A DNA stretch of 64,000 nucleotides from positions 96,001 to 160,000 of IMG/VR virus record IMGVR_UViG_3300027806_000001; one strand, written 5' to 3'. A model generated the notes under the pieces. The model saw only the letters and a list, made by a program, of their open reading frames with translations. It was not told where the DNA came from and did no database searches. The position numbers were made by a program, and so were the translations under genes. Shown here piece by piece: positions 34,314 through 43,820 of this stretch (its first letter is position 1; each line of letters opens with the position of its first letter). The stretch is from a virus.

Positions 34314-35471
34314 TCAGGCAGGCTGATGTCCGCCGGTGGCCTCCAAGCCCCCGGCCATCGGTGTCCGGTCGCCGGCGGCAGGGTGCACCTGCTGCCGCAG
34401 CGCCGCCGTCATGGAAGACGGCAGACCCAGCGACCGGGCCGAACGGTCCCTGCCCTCCATGACGTGCCAGGTGTCCACGCGCCTGGCCAGGATCAGCGAC
34501 TCGGTCGGCAGGGGAGCTACGTATTTCTCCCTGCAGTTGACCGCGTCGTGGAACCACCAGGGCACGTAGTCCGTCAGCCCGGCGGCGCCCTGGGCGCCGA
34601 TCCAGACCTTGGCCCGCTCCCGCTCCGAGGAGTCCAGCCCCAGCATGCCGAGCGGATCGGCCAGCAGCTGGGTCAGGGTGCGCGTGAACGCATCCTTGAC
34701 CTTGGCTCCGGCCTGCTCGATCACGCTGACCAGTCCGGCCGCGCACGTGCCCGACCGCCGGAACACTTCCCACGGCGTCAGGGTCGAGATCGACTCCAGT
34801 ATCCGCCGGACCTGCCGGTACAGCGGACTGGAGCTGATGCCGCATCCGCTGAAGACGTGGTCGATGGCCGGATGCGCCAGGAACGCCGGGTGGTCGACCA
34901 GCTGGCACGTCTCCTTCTTAACCAGCAGCAGCGGCTGGCTGGGGCACGTGATCTTCGTGCCGGCCGCCTGGATCAGCTCGTGCTGGCGCATGAGCAGCTG
35001 CAGGGCCCCGGGAGGGGTGCTGCAGCCCACATTGACCAGGGAGGCGAAGTTCTGCTGCACGTACGCCCGGCGCATCAGCTCGCCGAACCGCACCTGCCCC
35101 GACCTGGCGAACTCCCGGATGCAGGGGATCTCCTCCCCCTCGTACATCCAGGCGTACTCCAGGTCAGCGACGTCGTGCTCCCCCTCCGTGTCCCAGCGGA
35201 AGTCCAGCAGCCTGAACTCCCTGGAGCTGACCTCCCAGGACAGGCTCTGCGTGAAGGCCCTCGTGGTCTCGCCGTCGGTGACGGCCACGAGCGACCTGGC
35301 CGAGGAGGCCGGAAGGATGAAGACATCCTGCGGCAGCCTCGACTCCATGATGTACCTCGGAAGGATCGATTCCTTCCTCGTGACGAATGCCCTGGTCTCC
35401 AGGGCGGTGCCATCCTGTCGGTGCATTCCGTGCACCTCCATGAAAAACCCCGGCGAGAGTCGCCGGGGCAT
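34314..35471 (-). CDS. Hypothetical protein
   Basis: 385-aa ORF downstream of a GCTAAA promoter. Confidence 0.6.
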   Translation of the reverse strand: MPRRLSPGFFMEVHGMHRQDGTALETRAFVTRKESILPRYIMESRLPQDVFILPASSARSLVAVTDGETTRAFTQSLSWEVSSREFRLLDFRWDTEGEHDVADLEYAWMYEGEEIPCIREFARSGQVRFGELMRRAYVQQNFASLVNVGCSTPPGALQLLMRQHELIQAAGTKITCPSQPLLLVKKETCQLVDHPAFLAHPAIDHVFSGCGISSSPLYRQVRRILESISTLTPWEVFRRSGTCAAGLVSVIEQAGAKVKDAFTRTLTQLLADPLGMLGLDSSERERAKVWIGAQGAAGLTDYVPWWFHDAVNCREKYVAPLPTESLILARRVDTWHVMEGRDRSARSLGLPSSMTAALRQQVHPAAGDRTPMAGGLEATGGHQPA

Positions 35472-35524
35472 TACCCTTACTGCCTCTTGGCCGTGACCGG
35501 TTCACGGCGAAGGCGCAGCAGGTA

Positions 35525-35554
35525 ATTCTAACGCATGGAGATGCGCTGTTTAGC
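35525..35554 (-). promoter_or_regulatory. GCTAAA-N18-TAGAAT promoter
   Basis: Exact spacing match. Confidence 0.75.
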
Positions 35555-35822
35555 GCAGCTTGTGGGTCGCGGGCTCGGTCTTGTCGACGTCCAGGACGCG
35601 CGGCTGGCCGAGCTCCTCGAGCACCAGCTTGCCGGTGTCGGTGGCCTTCAGCCTGTAGCTGTGCAGCGGCTTGCCGCCCTCGGTCGTCGTCGAGATCGGG
35701 AAAAGCACGCAGCTCTTGGAGCGGCCGTAGAACACGGGCCGGACCTCGAGCGGAAAGCCCCCTTCCTGGACGTCCTCGACCTGGACCTCCATCGGATCGG
35801 GTTCATGCAGTCTGATCTTCAT
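35550..35822 (-). CDS. Small hypothetical protein
   Basis: SD AAGGAG. Confidence 0.6.
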   Translation of the reverse strand: MKIRLHEPDPMEVQVEDVQEGGFPLEVRPVFYGRSKSCVLFPISTTTEGGKPLHSYRLKATDTGKLVLEELGQPRVLDVDKTEPATHKLR

Positions 35823-36204
35823 TCCTTTGCTCCTTTGCTGGCGCCGGCTTCAGTCCGTCGGCGCAGATGGCGTTGTGGATGTCCATGTAGCCGGCGTACA
35901 TGGCCGGGGCGTAGGCCTCCGGGCCGAACCCGAAGACCTGGTAGAGGACGTAGCGGTAGCTGCCCCCCAGCTCTATCTCGCCCTTGCGGATGCGGCGGCT
36001 GACGGCGCAGAACGCCTGCAGCTGCTGCTCCTTCGTCAGGCTCTCCCAGAAGGCCTCCGAGGCGCAGTCGTCGTGACGCGGGCCCTTCTCGAACAGCTCG
36101 CACGGGATGAAGACCGCATTCAGATGGTCCATCGCTTCCTGGATGTCCTGCTTGCTGCCTCGGATGCCGGGAGGCAGCGGCTCCTCTGTCTGGTCTTCGC
36201 TCAT
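35803..36204 (-). CDS. Conserved phage hypothetical protein
   Basis: Start trimmed to MSEDQ; FW.SL..EQQL.AF..V.RRI...GGSYRYVLY.VFGF pattern. Confidence 0.65.
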   Translation of the reverse strand: MSEDQTEEPLPPGIRGSKQDIQEAMDHLNAVFIPCELFEKGPRHDDCASEAFWESLTKEQQLQAFCAVSRRIRKGEIELGGSYRYVLYQVFGFGPEAYAPAMYAGYMDIHNAICADGLKPAPAKEQRNEDQTA

Positions 36205-36656
36205 GCCCTCTCCTCGGTCTTGTCGGAGGTGCGGGTGCCGAAGGTGATCCACGGCCTTTCCGGCCCGAATGGCGCCGGGTCGACCCCCGGCCACATAGGA
36301 ATTGGGACCGGCGACACCGGGTAAGGCGGCAACGGACATCCAGGAACGGACGGACCCCGGAGCTGGGCGGACTCCAAGGCCGCGACGCGGCATGTCAGGA
36401 TGGCCAAATTTCTCCTCAGCGAGTCCAGCTCGGCAGCTGTGGCCGGGGCTGGCTGGGGCGGCCGCTCGGCCCGCGCCTTGCTTTCGGCGGCCAGGCGGTC
36501 GTACGCGTCCAGCAGGGCCTGCACCTCCGAGCTCAACTCGATGTCCCTGGGCGCCTGGATCAGCTGGTGCTCGGCCCATACGCGCAGCATCGTGATCAGC
36601 CTCTCGATGACCCCCCGGTCGAACGGCTCGCCGTCTTGCTTCGGTTCATTACTCAA
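36201..36656 (-). CDS. Hypothetical protein (start uncertain)
   Basis: Fills the gap between coupled genes; possible TTG start. Confidence 0.45.
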   Translation of the reverse strand: MSNEPKQDGEPFDRGVIERLITMLRVWAEHQLIQAPRDIELSSEVQALLDAYDRLAAESKARAERPPQPAPATAAELDSLRRNLAILTCRVAALESAQLRGPSVPGCPLPPYPVSPVPIPMWPGVDPAPFGPERPWITFGTRTSDKTEERA

Positions 36657-36969
36657 GGTGGGTGCCCTCCACGTTGCGACCCTCGCGCTCCGCCGTGCGG
36701 GCCTCGAGCGACGCCAGGGCCGCCTCGAGGTGCTCCAGGGCCTTGGCGTTGTGCGCGCAGGCGAACCTGCTCTCCTGGTAGTAGCGGATGCGCTGCGCCG
36801 CCGCCTCGATGACAGTCTCCACGAACGCGCCGTTGGGCTGCTGCCGGTCCGGCCCGCGGCCAAGGGGGCCGTTCTGCCAGTTGATGAAGATGCCCTCGCC
36901 TACGGCAAAGCCGCCGGCGGGATTGCCGTCGGCGTCGTTCCTGTTCTCGCATTTGATCGATTGCTTCAT
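36649..36969 (-). CDS. acb2: Acb2 / T4 Vs.4-like cyclic-nucleotide sponge (anti-CBASS)
   Basis: INWQNGP...PNGAFVETVI..A..RI.YYQ.SRFAC.HN..AL..LE.AL..L..RT..R..RNVEGT matches the family pattern as I recall it. Confidence 0.8.
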   Translation of the reverse strand: MKQSIKCENRNDADGNPAGGFAVGEGIFINWQNGPLGRGPDRQQPNGAFVETVIEAAAQRIRYYQESRFACAHNAKALEHLEAALASLEARTAEREGRNVEGTHLE

Positions 36970-36991
36970 GCTGTGTTCCTTTTGACTGGGC

Positions 36992-37612
36992 TCAGGATTG
37001 CCTGAGCTTCTTGAAGAGTTCCGCCGCCTCGCCCTCCCCGGGGCTGTTCTTCTGCACGTAGATGCAGCTGAAGGGCGGGCCGTTCTTGACGTTGAGGTAG
37101 AGTCTGCTGGCCTGGTTGTGGGGCAGGAAGAAGGTGATGTCCACGAACTCCCGGATGCCCACGACCTGCATCCGCTGCAGCTTGACGGGGTCCCTGACCT
37201 GGACGTCCTCCGCGGTGCAGCCGTAGAGGATCTTGCCGTCCTTGCCGTCGCTGGCCAGCCACCGCGACGACTCCATCCATGCCCGGAAGCCTGCCCACTG
37301 GTCGTGGGGCAGCCCCTGCACGTAGCGCGACCATCCCGGCTCCGGGGGCTTGACCCCCTCCGGATGCCTGACGTCCTCCTCGAGCAGCGGCTGGGGCAGC
37401 TCGAAGTGGACGACGTCCAGGCGGGTGTCGAACTGCCTGGCGTAGAGCTCGAAGAGCGACACCGAGATGCGCAGGTACATGTGCATCGTGTTGACGAAGA
37501 ACAGGGAGTAGTCCTTCGCGAACGACTGCAGGTCCTGCAGCTCCGGCCTGGTCTCCTGGGAGACCGAGTCGCTCTCCTGGCCGGCCGCTCCTACGTACAG
37601 GGGCTCCTTCAT
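36992..37612 (-). CDS. Hypothetical protein
   Basis: SD GGAG; natural composition. Confidence 0.65.
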   Translation of the reverse strand: MKEPLYVGAAGQESDSVSQETRPELQDLQSFAKDYSLFFVNTMHMYLRISVSLFELYARQFDTRLDVVHFELPQPLLEEDVRHPEGVKPPEPGWSRYVQGLPHDQWAGFRAWMESSRWLASDGKDGKILYGCTAEDVQVRDPVKLQRMQVVGIREFVDITFFLPHNQASRLYLNVKNGPPFSCIYVQKNSPGEGEAAELFKKLRQS

Positions 37613-37622
37613 CTCGCGCTCC

Positions 37623-37940
37623 TCAGTCGTTGGAGGGCTGGGCCTTTTCGGAGGGCTGGCCCTGGTCGGGCCCGGCCTCGGCCGCCTCGACCTGCCGGGC
37701 GACCTCGGCCGCCACGATGGCCTGCACCTGGCCGTGCAGCATCTTCAGGCCGGCGAGGATGGCCGACGACTGGTCGGGCCCGAGGATCACGGTCTGGATG
37801 TTCTCGTGGCCGACCCCGACCGGAGTGCGGGCCCTGGTGTGGATCTTGACCTCCAGCAGCTCGCCGTCCTTGGACGGGATGCGGGTGAAGGCGCTGCTCT
37901 CCGAGAGGAGGGCGAATTCCTGGTTCTGCTGGCTGCTCAT
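37623..37940 (-). CDS. Hypothetical protein
   Basis: Start trimmed to MSSQQ; SD AAGGAG. Confidence 0.55.
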   Translation of the reverse strand: MSSQQNQEFALLSESSAFTRIPSKDGELLEVKIHTRARTPVGVGHENIQTVILGPDQSSAILAGLKMLHGQVQAIVAAEVARQVEAAEAGPDQGQPSEKAQPSND

Positions 37941-38491
37941 TTCCTTAGCTCCTTGTATTTCCTGGTGGCGGTGGCCGCCATGTAGACGGACACCGCATCG
38001 TATGCGTGCTCGTTGACACCTCTGAGCAACTTGCCGCCCTTGCCCTTGATCCATCCGTTGAAGTACGGGAACCTGGCCAGGACGGAGTCCCGTACCTGGT
38101 CCTTGGTGGCGTTGGCGTCACCGGTCGCGGCGCGCTTGGCCTCGAACGGAGTGACCAGCGTGCAGCCTATGCCCAGCAGGGTGATGGCCCCGCAGGCCGC
38201 CCCGCGGGACAGGGCCATGCTCTTCGCCGCCTTGGCGCTCTTCGATCCTCCGGTCGGGCACTCGATGAAGATGTGCACCGGCTCCCACCTGCCTATGGCA
38301 TGCTCCAGGCCCAGGACCAGCTCGGAGGTCCTGCGCCAGTCGTCGTCGGACACCCTGGCCTTGCCGGACCCTGCCTCCGTCCTGATCACGTCCACCGCCA
38401 CCAGCCTGTCCGGCTCCCCGAGGGAAAGCACGGCGACCCCGGTGTTGGCCAGGGCTAGGTCGAGGCAGAGGATGTGGTCGGGAGCGGGCAT
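37937..38491 (-). CDS. RuvC-like Holliday junction resolvase
   Basis: ILCLDLALANTG, IFIECP, TG.ANATKDQV, HAYDAV acidic residues. Confidence 0.85.
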   Translation of the reverse strand: MPAPDHILCLDLALANTGVAVLSLGEPDRLVAVDVIRTEAGSGKARVSDDDWRRTSELVLGLEHAIGRWEPVHIFIECPTGGSKSAKAAKSMALSRGAACGAITLLGIGCTLVTPFEAKRAATGDANATKDQVRDSVLARFPYFNGWIKGKGGKLLRGVNEHAYDAVSVYMAATATRKYKELRK

Positions 38492-38602
38492 GGGTTCACC
38501 GGCGAGGGAACATGGACTCGAACTCCAGCCAGCCTGCCAGCGCGACCGTGATCGCGAAGACGGGCAGCATCAGCTGCGGAGCGAACTGCGTGGCCATGGG
38601 TA

Positions 38603-39040
38603 TCACGCTCCGTCGTCCTTTGGATCCTCGTCGTCCAGGGTGAAGTCCTCCGGGTCGAGCTTGACCTCCGGGGGCTGCTGCGGAGGCATGCCTCCGAACA
38701 GGGCCGAGAGCAGGTCCTTCACGCCTCCCGAGGAGGATTCGGCGTCCGGGCGGCCCAGCCTGACGAACTTGATGTCCACGTCCTGCGGGGACGGCGGACC
38801 CTTCTCCGGCATCGCGTGGCGGGCCGCGTCGTACATGGCCTGAGGGTTGGCCCTGCCGGAGACGATCCTCGGCTTCAGCGAGACCCAGTTGCCGTCGCAG
38901 TCCATCGGCACGCCGAGGAACACGGTGCGGCCCTTGAGGTCGATCGTCTCGAGGATGAGGCCCAGCCTGCCGTTCTCGGCGATGGCGAACTTCCCGCAGT
39001 CCGGGTGCTCCTTGCTGCTGTCCTGCTTCCTGGAGGTCAT
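38603..39040 (-). CDS. Hypothetical protein
   Basis: Start trimmed to MTSRKQ. Confidence 0.55.
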   Translation of the reverse strand: MTSRKQDSSKEHPDCGKFAIAENGRLGLILETIDLKGRTVFLGVPMDCDGNWVSLKPRIVSGRANPQAMYDAARHAMPEKGPPSPQDVDIKFVRLGRPDAESSSGGVKDLLSALFGGMPPQQPPEVKLDPEDFTLDDEDPKDDGA

Positions 39041-39555
39041 CCGAGCCCCCTTCCGCCCTTGCGGAGCATGTTCTCGGCGGCCTGGTTGACCGGCGAGTCC
39101 ATGTACTCCTTGAAGTTGCTGACCCGTGCGATGGCTGCCTGGTGCCACATGCGGACCATCACGTCGCCCAGGTTCTTGAGCACCCAGGTGCGCGACTCCC
39201 ACGGCAGGTCGGCGAAGCCGGACGCCAGGTAGGCCTCCTCCGGCGTGGCGTGCGACAGGCCCTCGCGGGACAGGACGTAGCGGAGGGCCAGGACGGCCTT
39301 CTCCATGTCCGGCTCCGAGATCTTGAGCACCTGCTCGGCGACGTAGCCGTCCACGTTCTGGATGAGGGTGCACATGGCGACGAACGCCCCCGGCACGCAG
39401 TTGATGATGTCGTGCTGGGGGACGTAGGACTCGTTGACGTTGTTGACTCCCCGCGGGCTGACGGAGAGCATGTGCCGCGGGTTGAACGGCAGGGGCATTC
39501 CGACCGGCATGCTCAGGCTGGCTCGGAGCTGTTCTCTGGCTTCTTCATTGGACAT
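39037..39555 (-). CDS. Hypothetical protein
   Basis: Start trimmed to MSNEE. Confidence 0.6.
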   Translation of the reverse strand: MSNEEAREQLRASLSMPVGMPLPFNPRHMLSVSPRGVNNVNESYVPQHDIINCVPGAFVAMCTLIQNVDGYVAEQVLKISEPDMEKAVLALRYVLSREGLSHATPEEAYLASGFADLPWESRTWVLKNLGDVMVRMWHQAAIARVSNFKEYMDSPVNQAAENMLRKGGRGLG

Positions 39556-40280
39556 AGGTTTCTTCCTTCTATCTTGAGGACCACTTCCCTGACCTCGACC
39601 CTGGCCGCCGAATGGGGCCGGCACGACCTGTGGCACCGATCATAGCCCGTCGGACAGGAATGGCAAGGGCCGTCGAGCCCCTTGTCGCATCTTTTCGCAC
39701 GCTCCTCCGCCAGGGCCTTGTTGCGCCCCTGCTGCGAGGACGTGGCCCTGATGGCGCCGGCCGAGGTCCTCCTGGAGTCCTCCCGGAGCATCAGGCCTCC
39801 GGCCGAAGGTTCCCAGGACAGCACCGGCACCGGATCCGGCAGGACCAGCACCTCGCACCTCACGGCCTCCTCGGGCCTGGAGATGCGTATGCGCTCCCGG
39901 TCCATGAGCGTCCTGGTGCAGCCCAGGATGTCGCTCAACGGCCGCAGGAACCTGGGCACCGGGGCGTGGAGGTCCAGGCCGGCGGCCGGGCCGTCCAGGA
40001 CCCGGATCCGGTAGGACTCCACGCCGCCCGCGTCCACCTGCAGCTCGTCGATCCTGGCGGCCATCCAGCCCATCTCCTCCCTGCGCCCGCCGTACAGCTG
40101 GCATAGGGAGTCCTTGAGCCTCTTCCTGTTGCCGGCCACCTGCCAGCACAGGACGTCGACCGCCCTGGCGTCCATGAAGCAGTGGAGGAACGGCTGCAGG
40201 AACGGCCTGGCCACCTCAGGCACGCACCCGGTCGCCTCCGCCGCGGCCCTTGCGCACTCGGCCAGCAGCGCGGCGTCCAT
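39513..40280 (-). CDS. Hypothetical protein with C-terminal Cys cluster
   Basis: Likely start MDAALL; CDKGLDGPCHSCPTGYDRC. Confidence 0.55.
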   Translation of the reverse strand: MDAALLAECARAAAEATGCVPEVARPFLQPFLHCFMDARAVDVLCWQVAGNRKRLKDSLCQLYGGRREEMGWMAARIDELQVDAGGVESYRIRVLDGPAAGLDLHAPVPRFLRPLSDILGCTRTLMDRERIRISRPEEAVRCEVLVLPDPVPVLSWEPSAGGLMLREDSRRTSAGAIRATSSQQGRNKALAEERAKRCDKGLDGPCHSCPTGYDRCHRSCRPHSAARVEVREVVLKIEGRNLCPMKKPENSSEPA

Positions 40281-41136
40281 TCTTCTTCCCGGCACGCTTG
40301 CCCTTGCGAGCCTTGCCTTCATCTGGGATGAGATCGACGCGCAGTCCTGGGGCTTGGCGTGCAGCCTTGCCTTTGGCGTTCGGAGATTTTCCGACGTCGC
40401 CGCCAGCCTTCGCCACGCCGAACTTAGGGGGATGAAGGACAAGTCCATCTGCCACCTCCTCGCATTTCATGACCTCCTTGCCGTCCCCGTCCACCTGCCT
40501 CCAGCCGTGGGACCTCACGCGCATGGACCTGTCAGGCTGGGGCTCGTCGAAGTAGGTCCAGGTGTGCTCGAAGGCGCCCCGGACCACCTGCCGAACCAGC
40601 TGCCGCTCCTCCGGTCCGGTCCCGGTCCTGCTGAACTGGGTGCGCTCGAAGTCCCGGGGACCGGTGCCAACGGTCACGGTGATCTCCCCGGCGCCGCTGG
40701 GCTCCAGGGACGTGACGATCTCGGTCACCGTCGGCCTGCAGGGATCCTCCGACGTGCTGTCGCGGGTCTCGAACTTGACGTGCCTGATCCGGACCGCGAC
40801 CTCCTCGAGGACGGTCAGCTCGTCATGGACGAGCGTGCTGGAGACCTCGTGGACGAATCCGGACGGGCGATGCGTCCTGGTCCACCTCAGCGGCACCACG
40901 ACCTCGCCCCGGCCCGGCATGTGGACCGTGAAGGACTCCTCCGAGACGCAGTCGGTGTGGGAGGGCTCCTCCTGCCGCATCGCGGCAGGATCGCCGACCT
41001 CCTTGACGGCCGTCTTCGACAGGAGCATTCCACCGCATAGGTCGCAGGCGTAGCCCGATTTTCCCTGCACCTCCCCGCAGCCCGAACCGTCGGTTCCGTT
41101 GCCGATGCACTCGACAGGGCCGTCGATGTCGCTCAT
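40216..41136 (-). CDS. Hypothetical protein with N-terminal zinc ribbon
   Basis: Start trimmed to MSDIDG; C-x8-C...CDLC. Confidence 0.5.
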   Translation of the reverse strand: MSDIDGPVECIGNGTDGSGCGEVQGKSGYACDLCGGMLLSKTAVKEVGDPAAMRQEEPSHTDCVSEESFTVHMPGRGEVVVPLRWTRTHRPSGFVHEVSSTLVHDELTVLEEVAVRIRHVKFETRDSTSEDPCRPTVTEIVTSLEPSGAGEITVTVGTGPRDFERTQFSRTGTGPEERQLVRQVVRGAFEHTWTYFDEPQPDRSMRVRSHGWRQVDGDGKEVMKCEEVADGLVLHPPKFGVAKAGGDVGKSPNAKGKAARQAPGLRVDLIPDEGKARKGKRAGKKNGRRAAGRVRKGRGGGDRVRA

Positions 41137-41567
41137 GCCTCCCCCTTCCGCATCGCGGCGATGGCGTTGTCGCAGCACGCAGTCAGCTTCATCTTCGCGT
41201 CGTGGCTGTGGGTCATGCTGTGGCACAGCATCACCGTTACCCGGTCCATCCATTCGGTCATGGTTTCGTTCCGCTCGCGCAGGTCGCTGGCGGCGGGCGG
41301 CTGCACGGCAGTACCGCCAAGTACTTCCTGCTTCCAAGTCGGCCAGGTCTGAACGACCCTGCTGGCGTCCTCAAGGTGCTTGACGAACCTCTGTCGCTCG
41401 CCCTCCAGCTCACTCCTGAGCCCGTTCCGCTCCGCGACGAGCGCGGTGAGGGTGGCGTAATAGTTCGCTGCGATATTGCTCGGGATCGTCGCAAAGGAGC
41501 GGTCGGCGGCTAGGCTCAGATACCCGAGCAGTCCCTTGATGTCGTTGTCGTTGGTGGGGTCACTCAT
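41133..41567 (-). CDS. Hypothetical coiled-coil protein
   Basis: Coupled ORF. Confidence 0.55.
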   Translation of the reverse strand: MSDPTNDNDIKGLLGYLSLAADRSFATIPSNIAANYYATLTALVAERNGLRSELEGERQRFVKHLEDASRVVQTWPTWKQEVLGGTAVQPPAASDLRERNETMTEWMDRVTVMLCHSMTHSHDAKMKLTACCDNAIAAMRKGEA

Positions 41568-41890
41568 GGCTCGACGCTCCAGTTGTTCCCTACGCTGTGC
41601 AGAGCCTTCGATGGGGTTCCATCCGATTTCATGGGATGCCCTCTGATGTACGGCTTGGACGGAGAATCATGGAGAATGCCAGTAAGGAGGAACCCATCGA
41701 TCGATGCGACGAAGTACCTCTTCCCGTTGCAATACACGGTCGATCCGACACGAATCCCAAACCGAATCTCCACCAGTTCGATCAGTTCCTCTCGGATGAT
41801 CCTGCGGGTTTCGCTCAACTCCTCGGCGAGTTTTGATTCAATCCCTTGCATGTGTCGGATGCTGGCGATCTTGTCGTTGATGTCAGGCAT
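41564..41890 (-). CDS. Hypothetical protein, visibly more AT-rich
   Basis: Start trimmed to MPDINDK. Confidence 0.55.
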   Translation of the reverse strand: MPDINDKIASIRHMQGIESKLAEELSETRRIIREELIELVEIRFGIRVGSTVYCNGKRYFVASIDGFLLTGILHDSPSKPYIRGHPMKSDGTPSKALHSVGNNWSVEP

Positions 41891-42140
41891 TGGCTTTCTT
41901 TCGATTCGTAGTCCGAACAGAGCGGACCTTTTTGTTGCGAGGGGTGCGGGCGAGGTGCTCAAGCCGACGGAGGAGCTCGGACAAACGGTCGGCCTGACGG
42001 GAGAGTTCGCGGATCTCGCTGTCGCTGTCCGAGGAGGCTAGGCGCAGGCGCAGGGCTTCGTGTCCGCCGGAGAGGGCGTCGATGTATCGGGGGAGGTCTT
42101 TGCTGGAGACGATCAGCGTGTCGTTGGTCAGGTCAGGCAT
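41883..42140 (-). CDS. Small hypothetical protein
   Basis: Start trimmed to MPDLTN; SD GGAGG. Confidence 0.5.
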   Translation of the reverse strand: MPDLTNDTLIVSSKDLPRYIDALSGGHEALRLRLASSDSDSEIRELSRQADRLSELLRRLEHLARTPRNKKVRSVRTTNRKKANA

Positions 42141-42501
42141 TGGGGGCCTCCTCCTGGTCGTCTCCGTACAGCCTGGCCCTGGCGTCCAGGTGGCGGACGA
42201 CCATCTCCCGGACCGCCTGGCGGCCGGAGCGGGTCGAGCTGAAGAAGTCGCGGATCTCCTCCCGCACCGCGGCGTTGAGCGCAAGCTTGACCTCCTCGTC
42301 GATGACATGCTGCAGGTTCTCGTCGGAGCAGTAGGACTCGACGGCCTTCGCGACCATCGAGTCGACCTTCACGGTCTCCTCGGACAGGTGCCTGATCATC
42401 GTGCTCTTCATGAAGTCGACCTCCAGCTTGATGATCGGCTGCCTCATGAGCTTGGTGGAAAACCTCTCGGGCAGGAAGGGATTGTTGCGTTCGTCGGTCA
42501 C
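42133..42501 (-). CDS. Hypothetical helical protein
   Basis: Coupled ORF. Confidence 0.6.
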   Translation of the reverse strand: MTDERNNPFLPERFSTKLMRQPIIKLEVDFMKSTMIRHLSEETVKVDSMVAKAVESYCSDENLQHVIDEEVKLALNAAVREEIRDFFSSTRSGRQAVREMVVRHLDARARLYGDDQEEAPNA

Positions 42502-42770
42502 GGTGTCTCCTTTTTCTCCAGTCTGGCGAGGGTGTCGGACATCAGTCTGTTAAACAGCCCCAGTTTGGTCACCAGCTCCTCCGCAGCCTCGGCCCTGCCC
42601 TCCTGGAGCCTGGCCTTGTTCTCCATGCACTGGAGCTGCATCTTGGTCAAGGTCAGCTCCTGCTCCCGCGCGACCTGTTCCGTCAATCGGGAGGCCAGGC
42701 GGGCCATCTGCTCAAGCAGCCCTTCAACCTGAGATCGCAACTCCCCGACCTCTTGCTCCAGATCATTCAT
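42498..42770 (-). CDS. Coiled-coil protein
   Basis: Heptad pattern. Confidence 0.6.
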   Translation of the reverse strand: MNDLEQEVGELRSQVEGLLEQMARLASRLTEQVAREQELTLTKMQLQCMENKARLQEGRAEAAEELVTKLGLFNRLMSDTLARLEKKETP

Positions 42771-43098
42771 CTGCAGGGCTCCTCGCCGCCAGGATCTCCG
42801 TGGCCCGCATGATCAGGTACCCCTCGGGCATCGGGGTCTCCATGCCGGCGAAGGCGCTGTACAGCACCTCGTCTCCCGGCTTGAGCACAGGGACGTAGCC
42901 GCCCTTCCTACGCAGGTTGTCGCACGGGCCGACCTTCACGACCACCCCGTGCTTGGACTGGAAGTCCCTGCGGTCCTCGGGGACGATGATGCCGTGCTCG
43001 GTCGTCTCGGGCGCCTTGTTCTTGCGCACGACCACCCAGTCGTGCAGCGGCTGGAAGCGCTCCAGCTCCTCTTCCGTCAGTCTCGGAACGATAGCCAT
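42763..43098 (-). CDS. groES: Co-chaperonin GroES (Cpn10)
   Basis: FQPLHDWVVV, TEHGIIVP, GVVVKVGP, LKPGDEVLYSAFAG, YLIMRATEILA. Confidence 0.9.
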   Translation of the reverse strand: MAIVPRLTEEELERFQPLHDWVVVRKNKAPETTEHGIIVPEDRRDFQSKHGVVVKVGPCDNLRRKGGYVPVLKPGDEVLYSAFAGMETPMPEGYLIMRATEILAARSPADE

Positions 43099-43127
43099 GT
43101 CCTGGTCCTTTCTTTAAGACGAATTGA

Positions 43128-43382
43128 TCACTTGCCGGCGCGCACGGCGGTCACCCGGTAGGGTCCGGTCCGGATAGTCTGGCCGACCCCGACACCGAAC
43201 GACATGTCCACCATGAACGAGTCCTGTTCGCAGGGGACGAACGTCACCGTCGCACCCTCCGAGCTGAACACGGAGCGGAGGTACTCCAGCGCCGCGTCGA
43301 CGGTCCTGAACGTGCTCTTCGAGGGCTGCGGGCTCCACCTGCCGCGCCTCCTGCGCTTCACCATGTATACGGTTCTCTCCAT
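43128..43382 (-). CDS. Small hypothetical protein
   Basis: SD AAGGG. Confidence 0.5.
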   Translation of the reverse strand: MERTVYMVKRRRRGRWSPQPSKSTFRTVDAALEYLRSVFSSEGATVTFVPCEQDSFMVDMSFGVGVGQTIRTGPYRVTAVRAGK

Positions 43383-43494
43383 CCCTTCGTCCTTCTCAGC
43401 AGAGGGCCGTCGGACCGATGCCGGTCAGCAGCCGCATCCTGGGCGTCATGAAGGGCCATGCGGCCAGCAGCCATGTCATTGCTCGGGGCCCCTT

Positions 43495-43797
43495 TCATCC
43501 ATAGCGGCTGACGCGATCGATGGCCACTTGAACAAGCTTTTGCACGAAATCGTCGGTGACGGCCTTGGCCAAGGCATCCCTGATCTGCGCCTGGATCTGT
43601 TCCTTGTAGGTCTCCCGCAGCTGAGTCTCGATGATGGCCGAAACATGATGCTTGATGACCTGGTCGAACGGGTTGTTGTAGGTGGCCTGCAGGTCCTTCA
43701 TCACTCTGGCGACGCTGTCCTTGACGGCGTTGCCGATCTGGCTTTCCAGCACAGCCTTGGCGACGAACTCGTTGATCTGCTCCGGGGTAAGCTGCAT
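43495..43797 (-). CDS. Hypothetical helical protein
   Basis: Start trimmed to MQLTPE. Confidence 0.6.
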   Translation of the reverse strand: MQLTPEQINEFVAKAVLESQIGNAVKDSVARVMKDLQATYNNPFDQVIKHHVSAIIETQLRETYKEQIQAQIRDALAKAVTDDFVQKLVQVAIDRVSRYG

Positions 43798-43820
43798 TTG
43801 GTTCCCTTTCTTTGTTTTAG

